Shown: piece by piece, positions 1 through 12,922 of the stretch | How the letters are laid out: each line of letters begins with the position of its first letter | How positions within the stretch are numbered: position 1 is the stretch's first letter | Assembly (NCBI GenBank): GCA_964016885.1 | Contig: CAXHJY010001373.1 | Location: 1-64,000 of the forward strand | Source: Eledone cirrhosa | Lineage: Eukaryota | DNA length: 64,000 bases | Direction of reading: 5' to 3' | Translations under genes and position numbers: made by a program | The notes under the pieces: model-generated | Told to the model about the DNA's origin: nothing | Database searches by the model: none | Seen by the model: the letters and a program-made list of their open reading frames with translations, nothing else

Positions 1-2592
1 AACAACAAGTGGTGGTTTGCTCTGAAAAGAGCGATTAGAATAGAATCGATTAGGTTTAGTAAGGCTTTAGCAATAGAGAAAAATAGAGCAGAGGGAGAAC
101 TAGTTAGAAAATTAGACGAGGCGCTTAGCAAAGGCATTGCGACCGACGTGCTTGCGGCGAAATTGGCCCTTGACCAATTCTTCAATGCAAAGCACGAAGG
201 CTGCGTTGTCAGAGCTAGGGTGCGTGCTCTCAGACACGAGGGGACGAAAGCCGTTCAATGGGCCCGAGTGGCGGAGGCGCGTCGTGGCAACAAAGCCACG
301 ATCCGGTCTTTGGTGGACCACGACGGGCGCATGCTACTCGATCCCGGGCAAATGTGTGAAGCTTTTCAGCGACACTTCGCTCAGCTGTTCGGGGGCAGCG
401 GGGGGCCGGGTAGAGGGATGGACTTTAGTGTCTACCTCGACGGGCTGCCGCGGCTCTCGGCCACTGAGGCGAGGTGTTGCGAAAAGCCGATAACAGCCGC
501 TGAAGTACGGGAGGCAATGACTGGCTGCACAAGGGGTAAATCGCCTGGTTTGGATGGTCTGCCCTATGAACTTTACGTACAGATGCCAGACTTGTTCGGA
601 GGCCTCTTGGCGGACGTCTACTGCAACTGGCAACAGAACGGGAGAATTCCCAGTTCTGTGAGCCGAGGAGCGGTGGCACTGCTGAGAAAGGATCCGAACA
701 AGGGGGATAACATAGACAATTTCCGGCCCATAACTCTGCTAAACACAGAGTTTAAGATTTTGGCCAAGGTGCTAGCAAAGAGGTTGGCGCTTGTCGTTGG
801 TGGTCTGGTGGGAGAGGCGCAGACATGCGCCATTCCCGACAGATCCATCCACGACAACCTCCACCTCATGCGATACATCGTAGAGAGGGTAGCTAGGGAA
901 CCTGGCACGGGTGGGTCCTTGATCAATTTAGATCAGTCGAAAGCTTTCGATAGGGTCGACCATCGTTACCTAGCGGCAGTCCTGAGGGCGGCTGGCTTTG
1001 GGCCCGTCTTCAGAGGCTGGATCGCTGCCATGCACAGCGACATCTGCTCTGTGGTGAGAGTGAACGGTCACCTGTCGGAACCGTTCAACATCATGCGCTC
1101 GGTCCGCCAAGGATGTCCCCTCTCGTCCCTCTTGTACGTATTGACTCTCGAGCCATTACTGCACAAACTGGAGACGTTGAGGGGAGTCCCGCGCGAACTA
1201 GGATGCGGAAGATCCGTGTCAGCATATGCGGACGATGTCACCGTAGTGGTGTCGAACGCCAAACACATCGAGGCGATCGGCACTACACTAAGAGAATACG
1301 AAGCGGTGACAGGAGCAATGATCAACCAGGAAAAGTCAGTGGGCCTGCAGCTCGGCACCTGGAGAGGCAGGTCCATGCCGTCCAACAGCGTCGTCGGGCG
1401 CTGGACGGACGGACCGGTTAAATTGCTAGGGGTCTGGTTCGGTCCGGACCTCCAGACGGACAAAAACTGGGACGAGGTGACGAGCAGGGTGGCTTCTCTC
1501 ACCCAGAAATGGGCGGAGAGGAAGCTATCCCTGAAAGGTCGAGCGGAGGTGGCTAACGCGTACATCGCGTCTGTCATCTGCTACCGCCTAACCGTCGTAC
1601 CTTGTCCTAAGCCTCGCCTGACTGCGCTGGAGCGTTTGCTCTTTCGCTTTTTGTGGAAGGGACGTGCTCCGATGGTCAGGCGGTCCATCTGTTGTCAACA
1701 CCCGCTACGTGGAGGGCTGGGCATGCCGTGGCTGATGATGCGCAGGCACGCGCTCAGGCTACGACATCTCCACCTCTTCCTCGACGGTGATCAGGTGTGG
1801 TCGCCGTTTGCTAGACGCGTTTTTCCCCAGCTCGTTTCCTTGACGGAGCTGCAGTCCTGGGTCAAGCGAAGACCGAGAGGGAGCGCCTGGAGACTGGAAT
1901 GTCTTCAGGCGCTCACAGCCCTCGACCAATCGGGCAATGTGATCGGTGGAAACTCCACCTCGGCGTTCTATAGAGGATTAGTGGAGGGGAAGAGCGACGA
2001 CGTACTTGGGGAAACTCTAGGCGTCGACGAAAATCAACTAGCCAATCTCTTCGGAAGAACTTTCGGGCCAGGGCCTATGGACAACTTCCAGAAATCTCTG
2101 GCCTGGCAGTGCTACCGAGGAGCCTTGCCAGTTCGGGATAAACTCTACAGGCATGGAGGTGCCGTCAGCCGGGCATGTCCGAGATGCGCGCAGGGCGACG
2201 AAACCGTCCTGCACGCACTCGTCCAGTGTCCGAAAATTGCTGACTTGTGGGTTTATGTCGAACACCTGCTGTCGCGTTTAGGACGGATCCAGCTATCATC
2301 TGAGTCTATCGTGAGGATTGCCCCGCCCTCCTCCTTTAGCCGGGAAGGGCAGGCAGTTTTTATCTGTCTGGTGGCCATGGCGAAAGAGATAGTATGGTGG
2401 ACACGTTTGAAAGGGCTGAAGACGAGCACTTACCTCTTCGGTGATGCTCTGATTGACTTTTTCAAATTTCATTTGAAAAGGAAAATCAGAGTAGAGAAGG
2501 AAGTGCTCTCTTCCCAGCATTTTGTTGAAAGATGGGTGAGAGAAGCAAGAATGGCCCGAGTGAATGGGCCGACTCTGAGTATATATCTGTAA
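1..2592 (+). CDS. Tx1/L1-clade non-LTR retrotransposon ORF2, C-terminal part (reverse transcriptase + zf-RVT); begins upstream of the window
   Basis: Frame is open from base 1 (NNKWWFALK...). RT motifs KSPGLDG, FRPITLLNTEFKILAK, LDQSKAFDRV, VRQGCPLS and YADD. C-terminal CPRC...ETVLHALVQC knuckle. Confidence 0.95.
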   Translation, partial: NNKWWFALKRAIRIESIRFSKALAIEKNRAEGELVRKLDEALSKGIATDVLAAKLALDQFFNAKHEGCVVRARVRALRHEGTKAVQWARVAEARRGNKATIRSLVDHDGRMLLDPGQMCEAFQRHFAQLFGGSGGPGRGMDFSVYLDGLPRLSATEARCCEKPITAAEVREAMTGCTRGKSPGLDGLPYELYVQMPDLFGGLLADVYCNWQQNGRIPSSVSRGAVALLRKDPNKGDNIDNFRPITLLNTEFKILAKVLAKRLALVVGGLVGEAQTCAIPDRSIHDNLHLMRYIVERVAREPGTGGSLINLDQSKAFDRVDHRYLAAVLRAAGFGPVFRGWIAAMHSDICSVVRVNGHLSEPFNIMRSVRQGCPLSSLLYVLTLEPLLHKLETLRGVPRELGCGRSVSAYADDVTVVVSNAKHIEAIGTTLREYEAVTGAMINQEKSVGLQLGTWRGRSMPSNSVVGRWTDGPVKLLGVWFGPDLQTDKNWDEVTSRVASLTQKWAERKLSLKGRAEVANAYIASVICYRLTVVPCPKPRLTALERLLFRFLWKGRAPMVRRSICCQHPLRGGLGMPWLMMRRHALRLRHLHLFLDGDQVWSPFARRVFPQLVSLTELQSWVKRRPRGSAWRLECLQALTALDQSGNVIGGNSTSAFYRGLVEGKSDDVLGETLGVDENQLANLFGRTFGPGPMDNFQKSLAWQCYRGALPVRDKLYRHGGAVSRACPRCAQGDETVLHALVQCPKIADLWVYVEHLLSRLGRIQLSSESIVRIAPPSSFSREGQAVFICLVAMAKEIVWWTRLKGLKTSTYLFGDALIDFFKFHLKRKIRVEKEVLSSQHFVERWVREARMARVNGPTLSIYL

Positions 2593-2852
2593 ACTAAAGG
2601 TGGAAAACTGGGAGAGGGCACTTGCCTTGGTGGTCAGGGTCATTGTGGCTTTTTACTGGGCTTTCTCCACAAATGTCCCTCCGAAGTCTCCCCCCTATTG
2701 GGGAATTTTTCATTGTTATTTTCATTGTTATTTTTGTTACATCCTCTGTTTTTGTTTTTTTACACGCAGAAATGCCCATTTGTACCGTCCTGCATTGTCC
2801 TGCACTGTCCTTAATGTCTACTTTATGTAAACCCTTGTGGTTAATAAAGAAA
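1..2852 (+). mobile_element. Tx1/L1-type LINE, 3' portion including 3' UTR
   Basis: ORF2 is followed by a T-rich 3' UTR, AATAAA near 2843, then (TTA)n at 2855-2896. Confidence 0.9.
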
Positions 2853-2896
<44 letters not shown>

Positions 2897-2898
2897 GG

Positions 2899-3610
2899 TA
2901 GGGCGGTGGATTAACAATATCAGTAGAGCGTCGGACACCATGCTTTGCAGCATGCTTTGCTCTTTATGATTTGAGTTCAAATCCTGCTGAGGTTAACTTT
3001 GCCTTTCATCCTAATGGGGTCGATAAAATAAAGTACCAGTCACGCACTGGCCGATTTAATTGACTCCACCCCACCCCCCACCCCCAATTGCTGGCTTTGT
3101 GTCTATATAAGAAACCATTATTATTGCTAGGGCGGTGGACACCATACTTTGCAGTATCGAGTTACGCCCATTTATGTTCTGAGTTCAAATCCCGCCGAGG
3201 TTAGCTTTGCCTTTCTTCTTTACGGGGTCGATAGAATAAAGCACCAGTAATGCACTGGGGTCGATTTAATTGACTTTCCTCTCGCGCCAAATTACTGGCC
3301 TTGTGCCTATACAAGAAATCATTATTTGGATTGGCAGTATCGGTAGAGGGTCGTACGCAATGCTTTGACGCATAGAGTTACGGCCCTTGCCATTCTGAGT
3401 TCAAATCCTGTCGAGGTTAACTTTGCCTTTCATCCTTACGGGGTCGCCATGGTTTGCAACAAAGAGTTACGGCTCTTTATGATCTGAGTTCAAATCCCGC
3501 CGGGGTTAACTTTGCCTTTCATCCTTACGGGGTTGATAAAATAAAGTACCAGTAATGTAATGGTTAATTGCTGGCCTTGTGCCAAAAAAGTAGAAACAAT
3601 TATTATTATT
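2899..3610 (+). mobile_element. Tandem cluster of tRNA-derived SINEs (octopus OK/OR-like family)
   Basis: Repeated unit TAGGGCGGTGGATTGGCAG...TCTGAGTTCAAATCC (B-box-like)...TTTGCCTTTCATCCTTACGGGGTCGATAAAATAAAGTACCAGT...GGCCTTGTG...AGAAAC(ATT)n. Family name is from recall. Confidence 0.8.
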
Positions 3611-5550
3611 ATTGCTACTATTACTATTCATAACGTTTTTGCTCTGTCAGATGGCTCCCATAACTTTCGGAAACATTTTTTTCACGCTCAGAGTTGCATG
3701 GAACAAACTACCTGCGTCAGTTGTTGGCTGTTGAGACACTGCATCCTTCAAACTCTTCATTCTTCTCGAAATTCGCCCAAAACTACACCTGATATTCCCC
3801 CTCCATACACACGCATGCATGTGTATGTGTGTATATCATGACTCATACACTATTCATTTTCCTGTCATATGTACATTATTCTATGTACTATACATGCACC
3901 TTTGATGAGTTGTAGTACACTTGAGCACTGTACACAATCATTTCATTATTATCGTTATTTGTATATGCGTTACAATTCATGTACATGTTATGTGTATCAC
4001 ATATCGAAGTGTTTATATCTTGAATGATATTTGATAACAGCTAAACTAATCACTACATCTAAATTGAGCAAATCCCCCCCCCCCCCCCCCAATTCAGAAA
4101 TGCTTCCGCCGCTCCTGGATATAACCGAAGAGTCCTCTCCATCCCTTGTTTGGCAAATTTTCTATGGCTAGATACTCTTTCTAACGTCAACCATTTTGCA
4201 GGATTTACTGGGGGGGGGGTTGTATATGTGTGTGTGGCACCACTGCTAGACAAGTTGTCGGCCACTGACTCAATTTTTGAGAGCCTTCTCTACCCCATTG
4301 GTGAGCAGACCTGTCAACTCTCCCCGTCTGAGGGAGATTTCCCACCCATTTTGTGGTGGATGAGAGAATTCTTCTCTTGTGAAAATGGGTATAGCTTTCA
4401 TTATGTAAAATCTCCCCATTTTGCCTCATTTCTCCCCGTCTTAGGGGCACTTTTTTTCATGGTGCACCCTGTTGGGTTTTTTAGAATTTAGCAGGTCTGG
4501 GTGAGGGTGGTGACGATCTGTTTCATATGATATATGTTTAGGGGAATAAGACGGATATCTAGGGTGAGTGGTAATAGGTATGCTAAAAGGAAGAACGAAA
4601 CATATGGTGTCATAACCTATAAGTGTGATGGGATTTAAAGGGTAATGTGGAGAAAAAAAGGGCTAAGAAAGTATGACAATTGTGGTAAGTATAAGAGAGG
4701 GGAGGTGTGGGGTGATCTCAACTAATTATGAGTTATAGTGATGATGAAAACATGCTTAATGAGCTTTGACTGGAGTGAGTAATACTGGTAGAGCGATGAG
4801 GGGGAAGCAGTAGGAGGAGTGACAACAGCTCGATAGGAATGAGTATGATGTCATGAATGTACGACATGTGTGGTGCGATTTGGCAGGATAATGTAAAGGA
4901 AAAAAAGGTGTGGCTGTGATCTAGGATAGAGTGGAAGGTACACTGATATTAGGGACACGTGACTGGTGTGGTGGGATTTAGTAGCTTACTTCTTTATCAA
5001 GGGCGGTGCTAGTTCTGGAGAGAGTTCTACCCAGATATACGAACTTATCTAGAACCTTCATAAATATGGATGGTGGAATATATAGCTTTCCATGTATATG
5101 ATGGTACATCACCACTCTCCTTCTTATGCTGATTGTCAGTCCTAACTCATCACACGCTGTCGAGTAGCAATCCGTGAGAATTTGAAGACCTTCTTCCGTG
5201 TGGTTAACAAGATCACTGTCGTCTGCATAAAGAAGATCACGTATCAGTAAAATATATGTTTTTGGTGCAACAAGGAATCGGCAGATGTTATAAAGCAGGG
5301 GTCGGCAACCTTTTGGAGAGAGAGGACCAAACAGCTATGCAGTGTCATGGAGGAGGGCCATGTTATTAAATATGTAAATAAATTTTCTGGAGGTTTAAAG
5401 CAAAACAAGGAATTTAATATAATTTTATTTTAACAAGGCCCCTTATTTTACTGCAGCAATAACAGAAAAACATCTACTATCACAATCAACAAAAACAAAA
5501 AAAGCAATTTCCTTGCTACAAACGAAATACAGTTAGAAATGGTAAATGAT

Positions 5551-7325
5551 TTAATGAGACACTTGTTTCTGCTTATTGTGCGATAACTTCTCCACATCAG
5601 GTGAAATATTTGTCGATGACAGGAGCAAAACATCATCCAGGTGGTCGTCACGCAACCTTGTTCTTAAATGACTTTTACTATATTTCATTTTGGTAAAAAG
5701 TTGTTCACAAGCATATGTACTTCCAAATAATGATATCATCAGTTTCGCATTAGTCAAGATGTTTTTATATTTTCCGCTTGGCAATATATATTTCTTGAAG
5801 AAGTCAGCAGTGGATTCGAACTGAAATTTCGATTTCAAAGATTCGTCGCACTGTAAGTCAATTAACTCCAACTGATATTCTTCTGCCACTTGCTCCACAT
5901 CTATTTTGTAAGGAGTACCAAATAACTTAAATAGAGTTCCATATTGCCGGAAGTCAGCAAAACGAGAGGAAAACTCGCTTCTTAAATCCTTAATAGAGCT
6001 CACAAAGATGTCTGGTATTATATCTCTCTTGTGATTTTGGAGACTTGGGAAATGAGAGTAGTTTCCTTTTTGAAGTTGTGATTCCCACAGTCGAAGTTTT
6101 CTCTCAAAAGCAGTAATTTGACCAAACATCTCAAATACAACCTTGTTCTTTCCTTGAAGCTCAAGATTCAAAGTGTTCATGTGGGTCGTGATGTCCACTA
6201 AAAAAGTTAACTTAACAACCCACTGTGGATCCTGAAAGTAAGAATTATCTAGAGAGCAAATCTCTAAAAACATAGAAATTTCTTCTCTCAATGCATATAC
6301 TCGTTCTATCATTTTTCCGCGGCTAAGCCATCGAACATTTGAAAAATGTGTAAGGTCGCCATACTCTGCTTCAATTTGTTTTAGAAATTCTTGAAACTGA
6401 CAGTGATTTAGTCCTCTTGGCAGTATAAAATTCAGTTTCCACGACCACTGCCATGATGTCCTTAAAATTCAGTGACTTTGCACATAATGCTTCTTGATGA
6501 ATAATGCAATGAAGTTTGATTAGTTTTTGATCAATACCGATGTGGTTTAAGAGCAATGCAACAAACCCTTTTTTCTCTCCAACCATTGCTGGTGCTCCAT
6601 CTGTGATTACTCCAGAAAGCTTTGATAAATCCAGATTCATTTCGGTAATCCATTTTATTATGCTTTCCAAAATATCTGCTCCAGTGCTAGTGTCCTTCAT
6701 AGGAATCAATTGTACAAATTCTTCCACAATATCAAATGTTGGTGTTACACCCCTCACAAACACTGCAAATTGACAAGTATCCTTCATATCTGTGGTTTCA
6801 TCGATAGCAATGGAATAATACTCCAGATTATTTAAAATGCCCTCCAAGCCACTTCTGACATTTGCTGCCAGCTCTTGTTACTGTTATTGCCGATAAGCTG
6901 ATCGCAGAAAATAATTCCCTTTTTTCTGGACAAAAAACATCTGCTACCTTCAACAATAATTCTTTGAAGAAATCTCCATCAGTAAAAGGTTTCATCCTTT
7001 CTACAATTAGTGTTGACAGCTCGTAGCTAGCACGAGTGTTTCGGTCACTTTCTTCAACTTTTCTAGTGAAAAAGGATGATTGCTTTGTTACATTATTTCT
7101 CAGCCGTGCAACTTCGTTTACTCGTGCTTTTCCAGTAAAACTGTTGTAATGATTATGACGAGTTTCATAGTGCCGTTTAATATTTGAAACTTTCTTCACG
7201 GCAATGGTTTCTTGACAAATTAAGCAAACACATTTTCCGAAGTGCTCAATTTAAAAATAGCTAAGTGTCCAGCCATCATTAAAAGTTCGGCACTCCAAAT
7301 CCACTTTTCTTTTCTTAGCTTCCAT
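5551..7325 (-). pseudogene. hAT transposase, disrupted by frameshifts and stops
   Basis: Starts MEAKKRKVD. Pieces carry a BED-like finger (CLICQE...IKRHYETRH), YSIAIDETTD, ITDGAPAMVG, HCIIHQEALC and FGSTYACEQLFT, split over three or more ORFs. Confidence 0.9.
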
Positions 7326-7484
7326 GGGCTTGTTTTTGTTCAAACAAAAAAGATTTATGGAAAGGAAAAAATGAAAACAAATGTAAATGCAAATACAGTA
7401 ATGCGATAAAATATGATAATTGTGAATAAATTATATAAAACCAGGTTTCTAACGACGTTGTTAGATCAGGGTTGCCATTTGTTT

Positions 7485-7861
7485 TGTAGTGACCTACATT
7501 CTGCGGGCTCACATACATTCTCTGTGCGTTATTTGGCTCAGCTCAGCCAATCAGCGCCAGTAGAAGAGAATGTATCTCTACGTGCCCTGAGGGAAAAGTT
7601 CCCGCGTTGATTTGAAGAATCAGCCTCTCGCTTCTTATCTGTGAAAAGGTAAACACCTAACTTTCTTTTGTCGTGAAATCACTAGCCAACATGTAACACA
7701 ACAACTTAACCACGGCCTGGCAACACTTCAGCCAATGGACCGTGTCTTCTGAAATCCTTAATTCATTGTTTCATCTCTCTTGGCATGTCAGCTATTCAGC
7801 TCTACTCAGCTCAATCTTCGTAAATAAATATTGTAATTACACCCTCAGTCACCCTGTTATA
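7485..7861 (+). repeat. 5' LTR
   Basis: Direct repeat of 9884-10242. Contains AATAAA and is followed by the PBS. Confidence 0.88.
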
Positions 7862-9883
7862 ATTGGTGACCCCGAGAAAAAAATAATAGGTTGTGTGAAT
7901 ATGGAAAAAATAAAAAAATTCCTCTAACAACATTCCACATGGATTTTTTCTCCGAAACTGTCTACAACGAAAAATATAAGTAATCTTTTTCTCAGCAGCA
8001 AACAAACAAGAAAAAATGTTGTTCTTCACCTCACGTGTTTACATCGTTTAAATGTGTTTCACTCACTGGATATATCCTTCGTTCTTCTCACAACGAACAC
8101 TCAAAAAGACTTGGACTCCTGTATTCTTATATTCAACATGTCAATTTTGATGAACATCACAGCTCGCTTACTCATTCAACTAAGCCTTTTTCGCTATTTT
8201 TTCATCACTTTCACAAAAAATGGAACTCTCGCCATATTTGTATACAAAGTGAATATAGCCTTTCCTTCTTTTTCATCATATTGTCACGTTCACACACACA
8301 TTTTTCAAAATGGCTGCCAACGACCTGATCCACTGTCATTTTCTCGCGCAAAAGAAATATTTTTTGTTTTTATTCAACTTGACTTTAACCTTGTTTCGGC
8401 ACGTGTGGGAGCACACATCTCGACTCATTGAGATAACACACGCCATAGATAATGTTTTTTGACAAGGATTCTCCAGCCTTAAGCTATATTCTCATATTTG
8501 CCGGTTTAAAAATTTACCACGTAAATTTGCCGTTGAAAACTGCGCATTTATTCAGAATGCTTATTTCTATTGTCGCTAGCCTCTTGACCCTTCCAGGTCA
8601 ACGCGTTCTCAACATCGACCATCAACTTTGGCTGTTATTTCTAGCACTTTGCGCAACTCATTTTTTCTGGGAAACTTTTTACTGTGAATTGAAACTACAT
8701 CGAATAGGTTATCTCACTCCGCGAGACAACACAGCTTCATCTTTGCTTTATCAACAACCAAAACCAGCAGAACAAAACACAGAGAATTTAGTTTTGCAGC
8801 ACTCTTACTGCGAGAAAATCCCATCGCCTTCGGAAGTTGGGAATTTCACGTTGTACCACAGTCCATAAACCACCTGCTTACATTCTCTGGAGGACACACT
8901 CGCTTTCCTGCTGTAAATAACTTTATTTTGAACATTTGAACTTTTTTTTTTTAGTAACTATGTTCGAGCACGTTTCTTTGCTCCTTTGACCTCTTCTTTT
9001 AAGTTGATTACATTGTATATATGACTGTATCATTTCCTTTATCATTGTATATATGACTGCACCCACACATTCTTTGCTGTATTACATGCCTGCATATGCA
9101 CACATATTTCTTTGACACACACACCAACATATTGTTCTTAGTGTATGATATTCAAACGTCGTAAGGTTCTGCGAGATCCCTTCTCACCTGGTGGAGGTAC
9201 CGAAACATGCTAGCGACTCAGAGCTTAATTCACCTGGATTCAAACAGGCACCACAACACGAAAACTGCTAATTGCAGCTGGATTCAAACAGCTTCGCATC
9301 TCGTTGCACACTCATCGTCCATAACAACCTCCATCTTGTTACCTTACCCGACTCGCTGGGAAAACAACAAATGGAACTGGACTTGTCAGCATTTCCACCA
9401 TTTCTGTGGTTTCGCCGGAATTGTGGAATTTACACTGCAACTACTACCCACCTACAGATTCAACTTGCTTTTTTCTTTTCAAAGCAACCAGCCATTTTTT
9501 CCTGGCTGCCTAGCACTTTCGGCAATACATCTGGGAGGCCGACATTTTCTCGCCTACGCATCATCTTCTTGCTTGCACTGGTAAACTACCATAATAGCTT
9601 CATCCACAGCTACAGGTACAACACTTACCATTAACATTTAATGCAAGAACAGCAACTTCTCCCATGTCAGACTTTATCCGTTTTCTGTTAGACCCTTCGT
9701 GGTCACGTATAAACTACAAAACAGCTAGTCATTTGACACAGCGGCTCAACACGGCCCTTGGCGCCTCATTTTTCTTCTTGCATGCATCCTTCTGCTCAAT
9801 TATTTTTTCACTGATGTGCTCTTTCAGCATTTTTCCCTGCTGATTCAATAATCTGTATCGTCTTACGTCGAGAGGGGGAGTAT

Positions 9884-10242
9884 TGTAGTGACCTACATTC
9901 CGCGGGCTCACATACATTCTCTGTGCGTGATTTGGCTCAGCGCCAGTAGAAGAGAATGTATCTCTACGCACCCTGAGGGAAAAGTTCCCGCGTTGATTTG
10001 AAGAATCAGCCTCTCGCTTCCTGTCTGTGAAAAGGTAAACACCTAACTTTCTTTCGTCGTGAAATCACTAGCCAAAATGTAACACAACTTAACCACGGCC
10101 TGGCAACACTTCAGCCAGTGGACCGTGTCTTCTGAAATCCCTAATTCAGTGTTTCATCTCTCTTGGCATGTCAGCTATTCAGCTCTACACAGCTCAATCT
10201 TCGTAAATAAATATTGTACATACAACCCAGTGTTCTGTTATA
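9884..10242 (+). repeat. 3' LTR
   Basis: Direct repeat of 7485-7861, preceded by the polypurine tract. Confidence 0.88.
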
Positions 10243-11129
10243 GTTTTTTTAAACCACTTTTGACCTAATTCTAATAATAATAATTCACACAATTTATCAC
10301 AAATAATTAAATAAACGTTATTATCGAATAAAGATACCTACTGTATAGTTGTTATACCACCAGACAACAACTCAAATGAAAATACTCTGGGGAGGAGGGA
10401 ACGAAGTATTTTTCCAAGGACAGCTTTACCTTGTGCCGGGGGGCACAGGTAAGGTCAGGCAAACGAAGACGACAATAATTCACAAGTGATTTTATTGAAT
10501 GACATAAAAGCGAGTCATGCGAACCGTAAGGTAGTATACCTTCCAGTCGCTGACGAAAATGTATACTTCCAGCCAACATTTGTGTTTGTTGACTGGAACA
10601 AAAACACATACATGAAATCACAGGAAATAATAATAATGGTGATATAATGCTTGGCGGAAAGCCCAGAAAAAGATGGATAAGAGGAAATAATAATAAATGG
10701 AAAATATAAGGTTACAAAGGTATCTGTAAATATATATGGTATGAGCAGCGATTTGTGATGGGCATCAGGTCGGCACAACCTTGAAGTGAACTACTGTATC
10801 TGTATTCGATACTAATTAGATAATTAGTGTCCAGTATAAGATGGCGGGCCGGACAAATATCACTCGAGGCCCGGATGTGGCCCGCGGGCAGGGGTTGCCG
10901 ACCCCTGTTATAAAGCCTTCCTGTATATATGTGTCAACATCGGAGCTGATGAATACGTTTTACAAAACAGCTGCCAAGAAGAAGTCAAACAAAGTCGGAG
11001 CGAGAAAGTCACTGTTTCTCAACTGCGAAAGAGTCTATGATGCAAACCCAGAGTCTCATGACATCATAGAATGAACGTATAAGCCCTGTAAACTTTTCAG
11101 GACATCCTAGCTTCAAGAGTATACTCAAA

Positions 11130-11730
11130 AGGACTTGCCTATTAACTGTGGAAAAGGCCTTCGTGAAATCAATAAAGCTATTGTACAGATCAAGCCTTGA
11201 ACTTCTCCTGCATCTGCCGCGCAGTGAAGATCATATCTGCAGTGCCCTATATGAATGAAAACCACCCTGAGATTCCAGCAAAATGTTATGTGCAACATAC
11301 ATCAACAAACGATTAAGAAGAATCTTGGCAAAGATTTCACCAACAACTGATAATAAAACGGTCCCGCGATAGTTGTCACAAGGATCTTTGGGTCCCTTCT
11401 TGAAGAGTGAGATGATTTTGGCATTCTTTCAGCCCTGTGGAACTGGATCCTTCAACTACACTTAGCGGTATATGTTATGCAACAGATGGTTTACTTTAGG
11501 ACCACCTTTTTGCACTATCTCAGCCCTTTTACCATCTTCCTTGGTGCTTTGCCAGTGTTCATTTGTCTCACTGCAGTTTTAACCTCTTCCAAAAGATCAT
11601 CAAGCTTGTTAATGATGGGAGCTAGTTCCTCCGCCTCAATCATGTTAGGATTAGCTTAACACTTCATAAAAGTCCAAGCTAAATCCAATAGGGTGCTCAC
11701 GTTCCAGTATTCCAGGACACAATTTTCAAA
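11130..11730 (-). pseudogene. Decayed RTE-like LINE reverse transcriptase fragment
   Basis: Minus strand reads EEVKTAVRQMNTGKAP and NAKIISLFKKGPKDPCDNYRGTVLLSVVGEIFAKILLNRL, with frameshifts. Confidence 0.7.
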
Positions 11731-12235
11731 GATGTATTCTATCCATTGTTTGTCTTATTAGTCATTTCATTTTTATTACAAGAATTTTCCCCGCATAAGT
11801 GAACAACCACCAGTCACGGGATATAAGCCAGCTTAGATATAAGGAAGCTTGGTTTAGACCACCTTTCCAAGGTCCCTCCTGGATAGCAGGTGAGCAATGC
11901 TATCTCTGCAAACGGCTGTCCACTCACTCGGGGTGTTGCCGTTTGCTAAAGTGACCCCCACGCCAACGCATTATCTGTGTTGATTAACAGGAAGACTATG
12001 CATTTGCCATCTTATTACATCATAAAATACAGACGGCCAGTCGACCTTTAAACATTTTCATCGCGGTCCCATCGATCATACAGCTAATTTGTTTCATCGG
12101 ACTAATCACGAACTCAATTCCAAGATGGCCGACTGAATACGCACGTTTTGTTTTTTCTGCCCATTTTTTTCCTCATTTTCTCTGTTCCTGCCTCTCATCA
12201 TTCTATACTTTCTATTTATCTTCTATTTCTAACTC

Positions 12236-12276
12236 TATTTTCTGATGAAGGACTAGTGTCCGAAACGACTTTAAGA
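12236..12276 (+). ncRNA. Minimal hammerhead ribozyme core in a Penelope-type terminal repeat (stems I and III degenerate)
   Basis: CTGATGA-A-GGAC[TAGT]GTCC-GAAAC. The downstream flank (...CTATTTCAAGCGT) is shared with the copy at 42419-42454 (-). Confidence 0.6.
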
Positions 12277-12555
12277 CTCTTTTTCTACTATTTCAAGCGT
12301 GAAACTACTATATTTCTTTCATGTACTGTGCCGTTTGCTTTGTTATTTCTGTTTACCTAATATATATATATATATAAATTAATAAAAACAAAGAAATAAA
12401 AACAAAGAACAGGTTCCTTATATTTAAAAAAAATCATCATTTTACGATCGTTTCTGGGATATATATGTGTATGTTGGTATGTATATTATATTAAAGATCT
12501 ATGTAAAAAACATATTACAAATTATCGGAGGAGATATACATACCTTCACTTATAT

Positions 12556-12634
<79 letters not shown>

Positions 12635-12872
12635 GTGTGGGTGTGAAAATACGTTTGTATATGTAAGAAAAAACAAACACATTCCTAAACAAGCAACTTA
12701 TCAGTTCAGATCATAAAAAACTAATACAGGATGCATGAATAATAAACATAAAATACTACTACCGTAACCAGACCATAAAGAAGGTATATGACAAACAAAC
12801 CGTAAAAGAAATACGCCAGTAGTTTATTAATAGGTAAAATGAGTAAACCTACAACAATAGGTATATATACTC

Positions 12873-12922
<50 letters not shown>

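Larger units (their letters stand above)
7485..10242 (+). mobile_element. Non-autonomous LTR retroelement nested in the hAT element upstream of the transposase ATG
   Basis: Two ~360-380 bp direct repeats starting TGTAGTGACC and ending CTGTTATA. 4-bp TSD GTTT. PBS TGGTGACCCCGA after the 5' LTR. PPT AGAGGGGGAG before the 3' LTR. No gag/pol ORF inside. Confidence 0.88.
5296..10907 (-). mobile_element. hAT DNA transposon (Buster/SPIN/GTF2IRD2-like), both ends present
   Basis: Perfect 15-bp TIRs CAGGGGTCGGCAACC / GGTTGCCGACCCCTG. Identical 8-bp TSD TTATAAAG at 5288-5295 and 10908-10915. Confidence 0.95.

Noticed and set aside
4060-5250. Possible decayed retroelement coding region
   Set aside because: No motif I could identify with confidence, so it is left unannotated.
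8035-9634. Short ORFs inside the LTR element as gag or env
   Set aside because: No CCHC, protease, RT or integrase motifs are recognisable.
10940-10985. CTGATGA...AAAACAGCTGCC as a hammerhead
   Set aside because: GAAA is absent and stems I and II do not pair convincingly. At most a relic.
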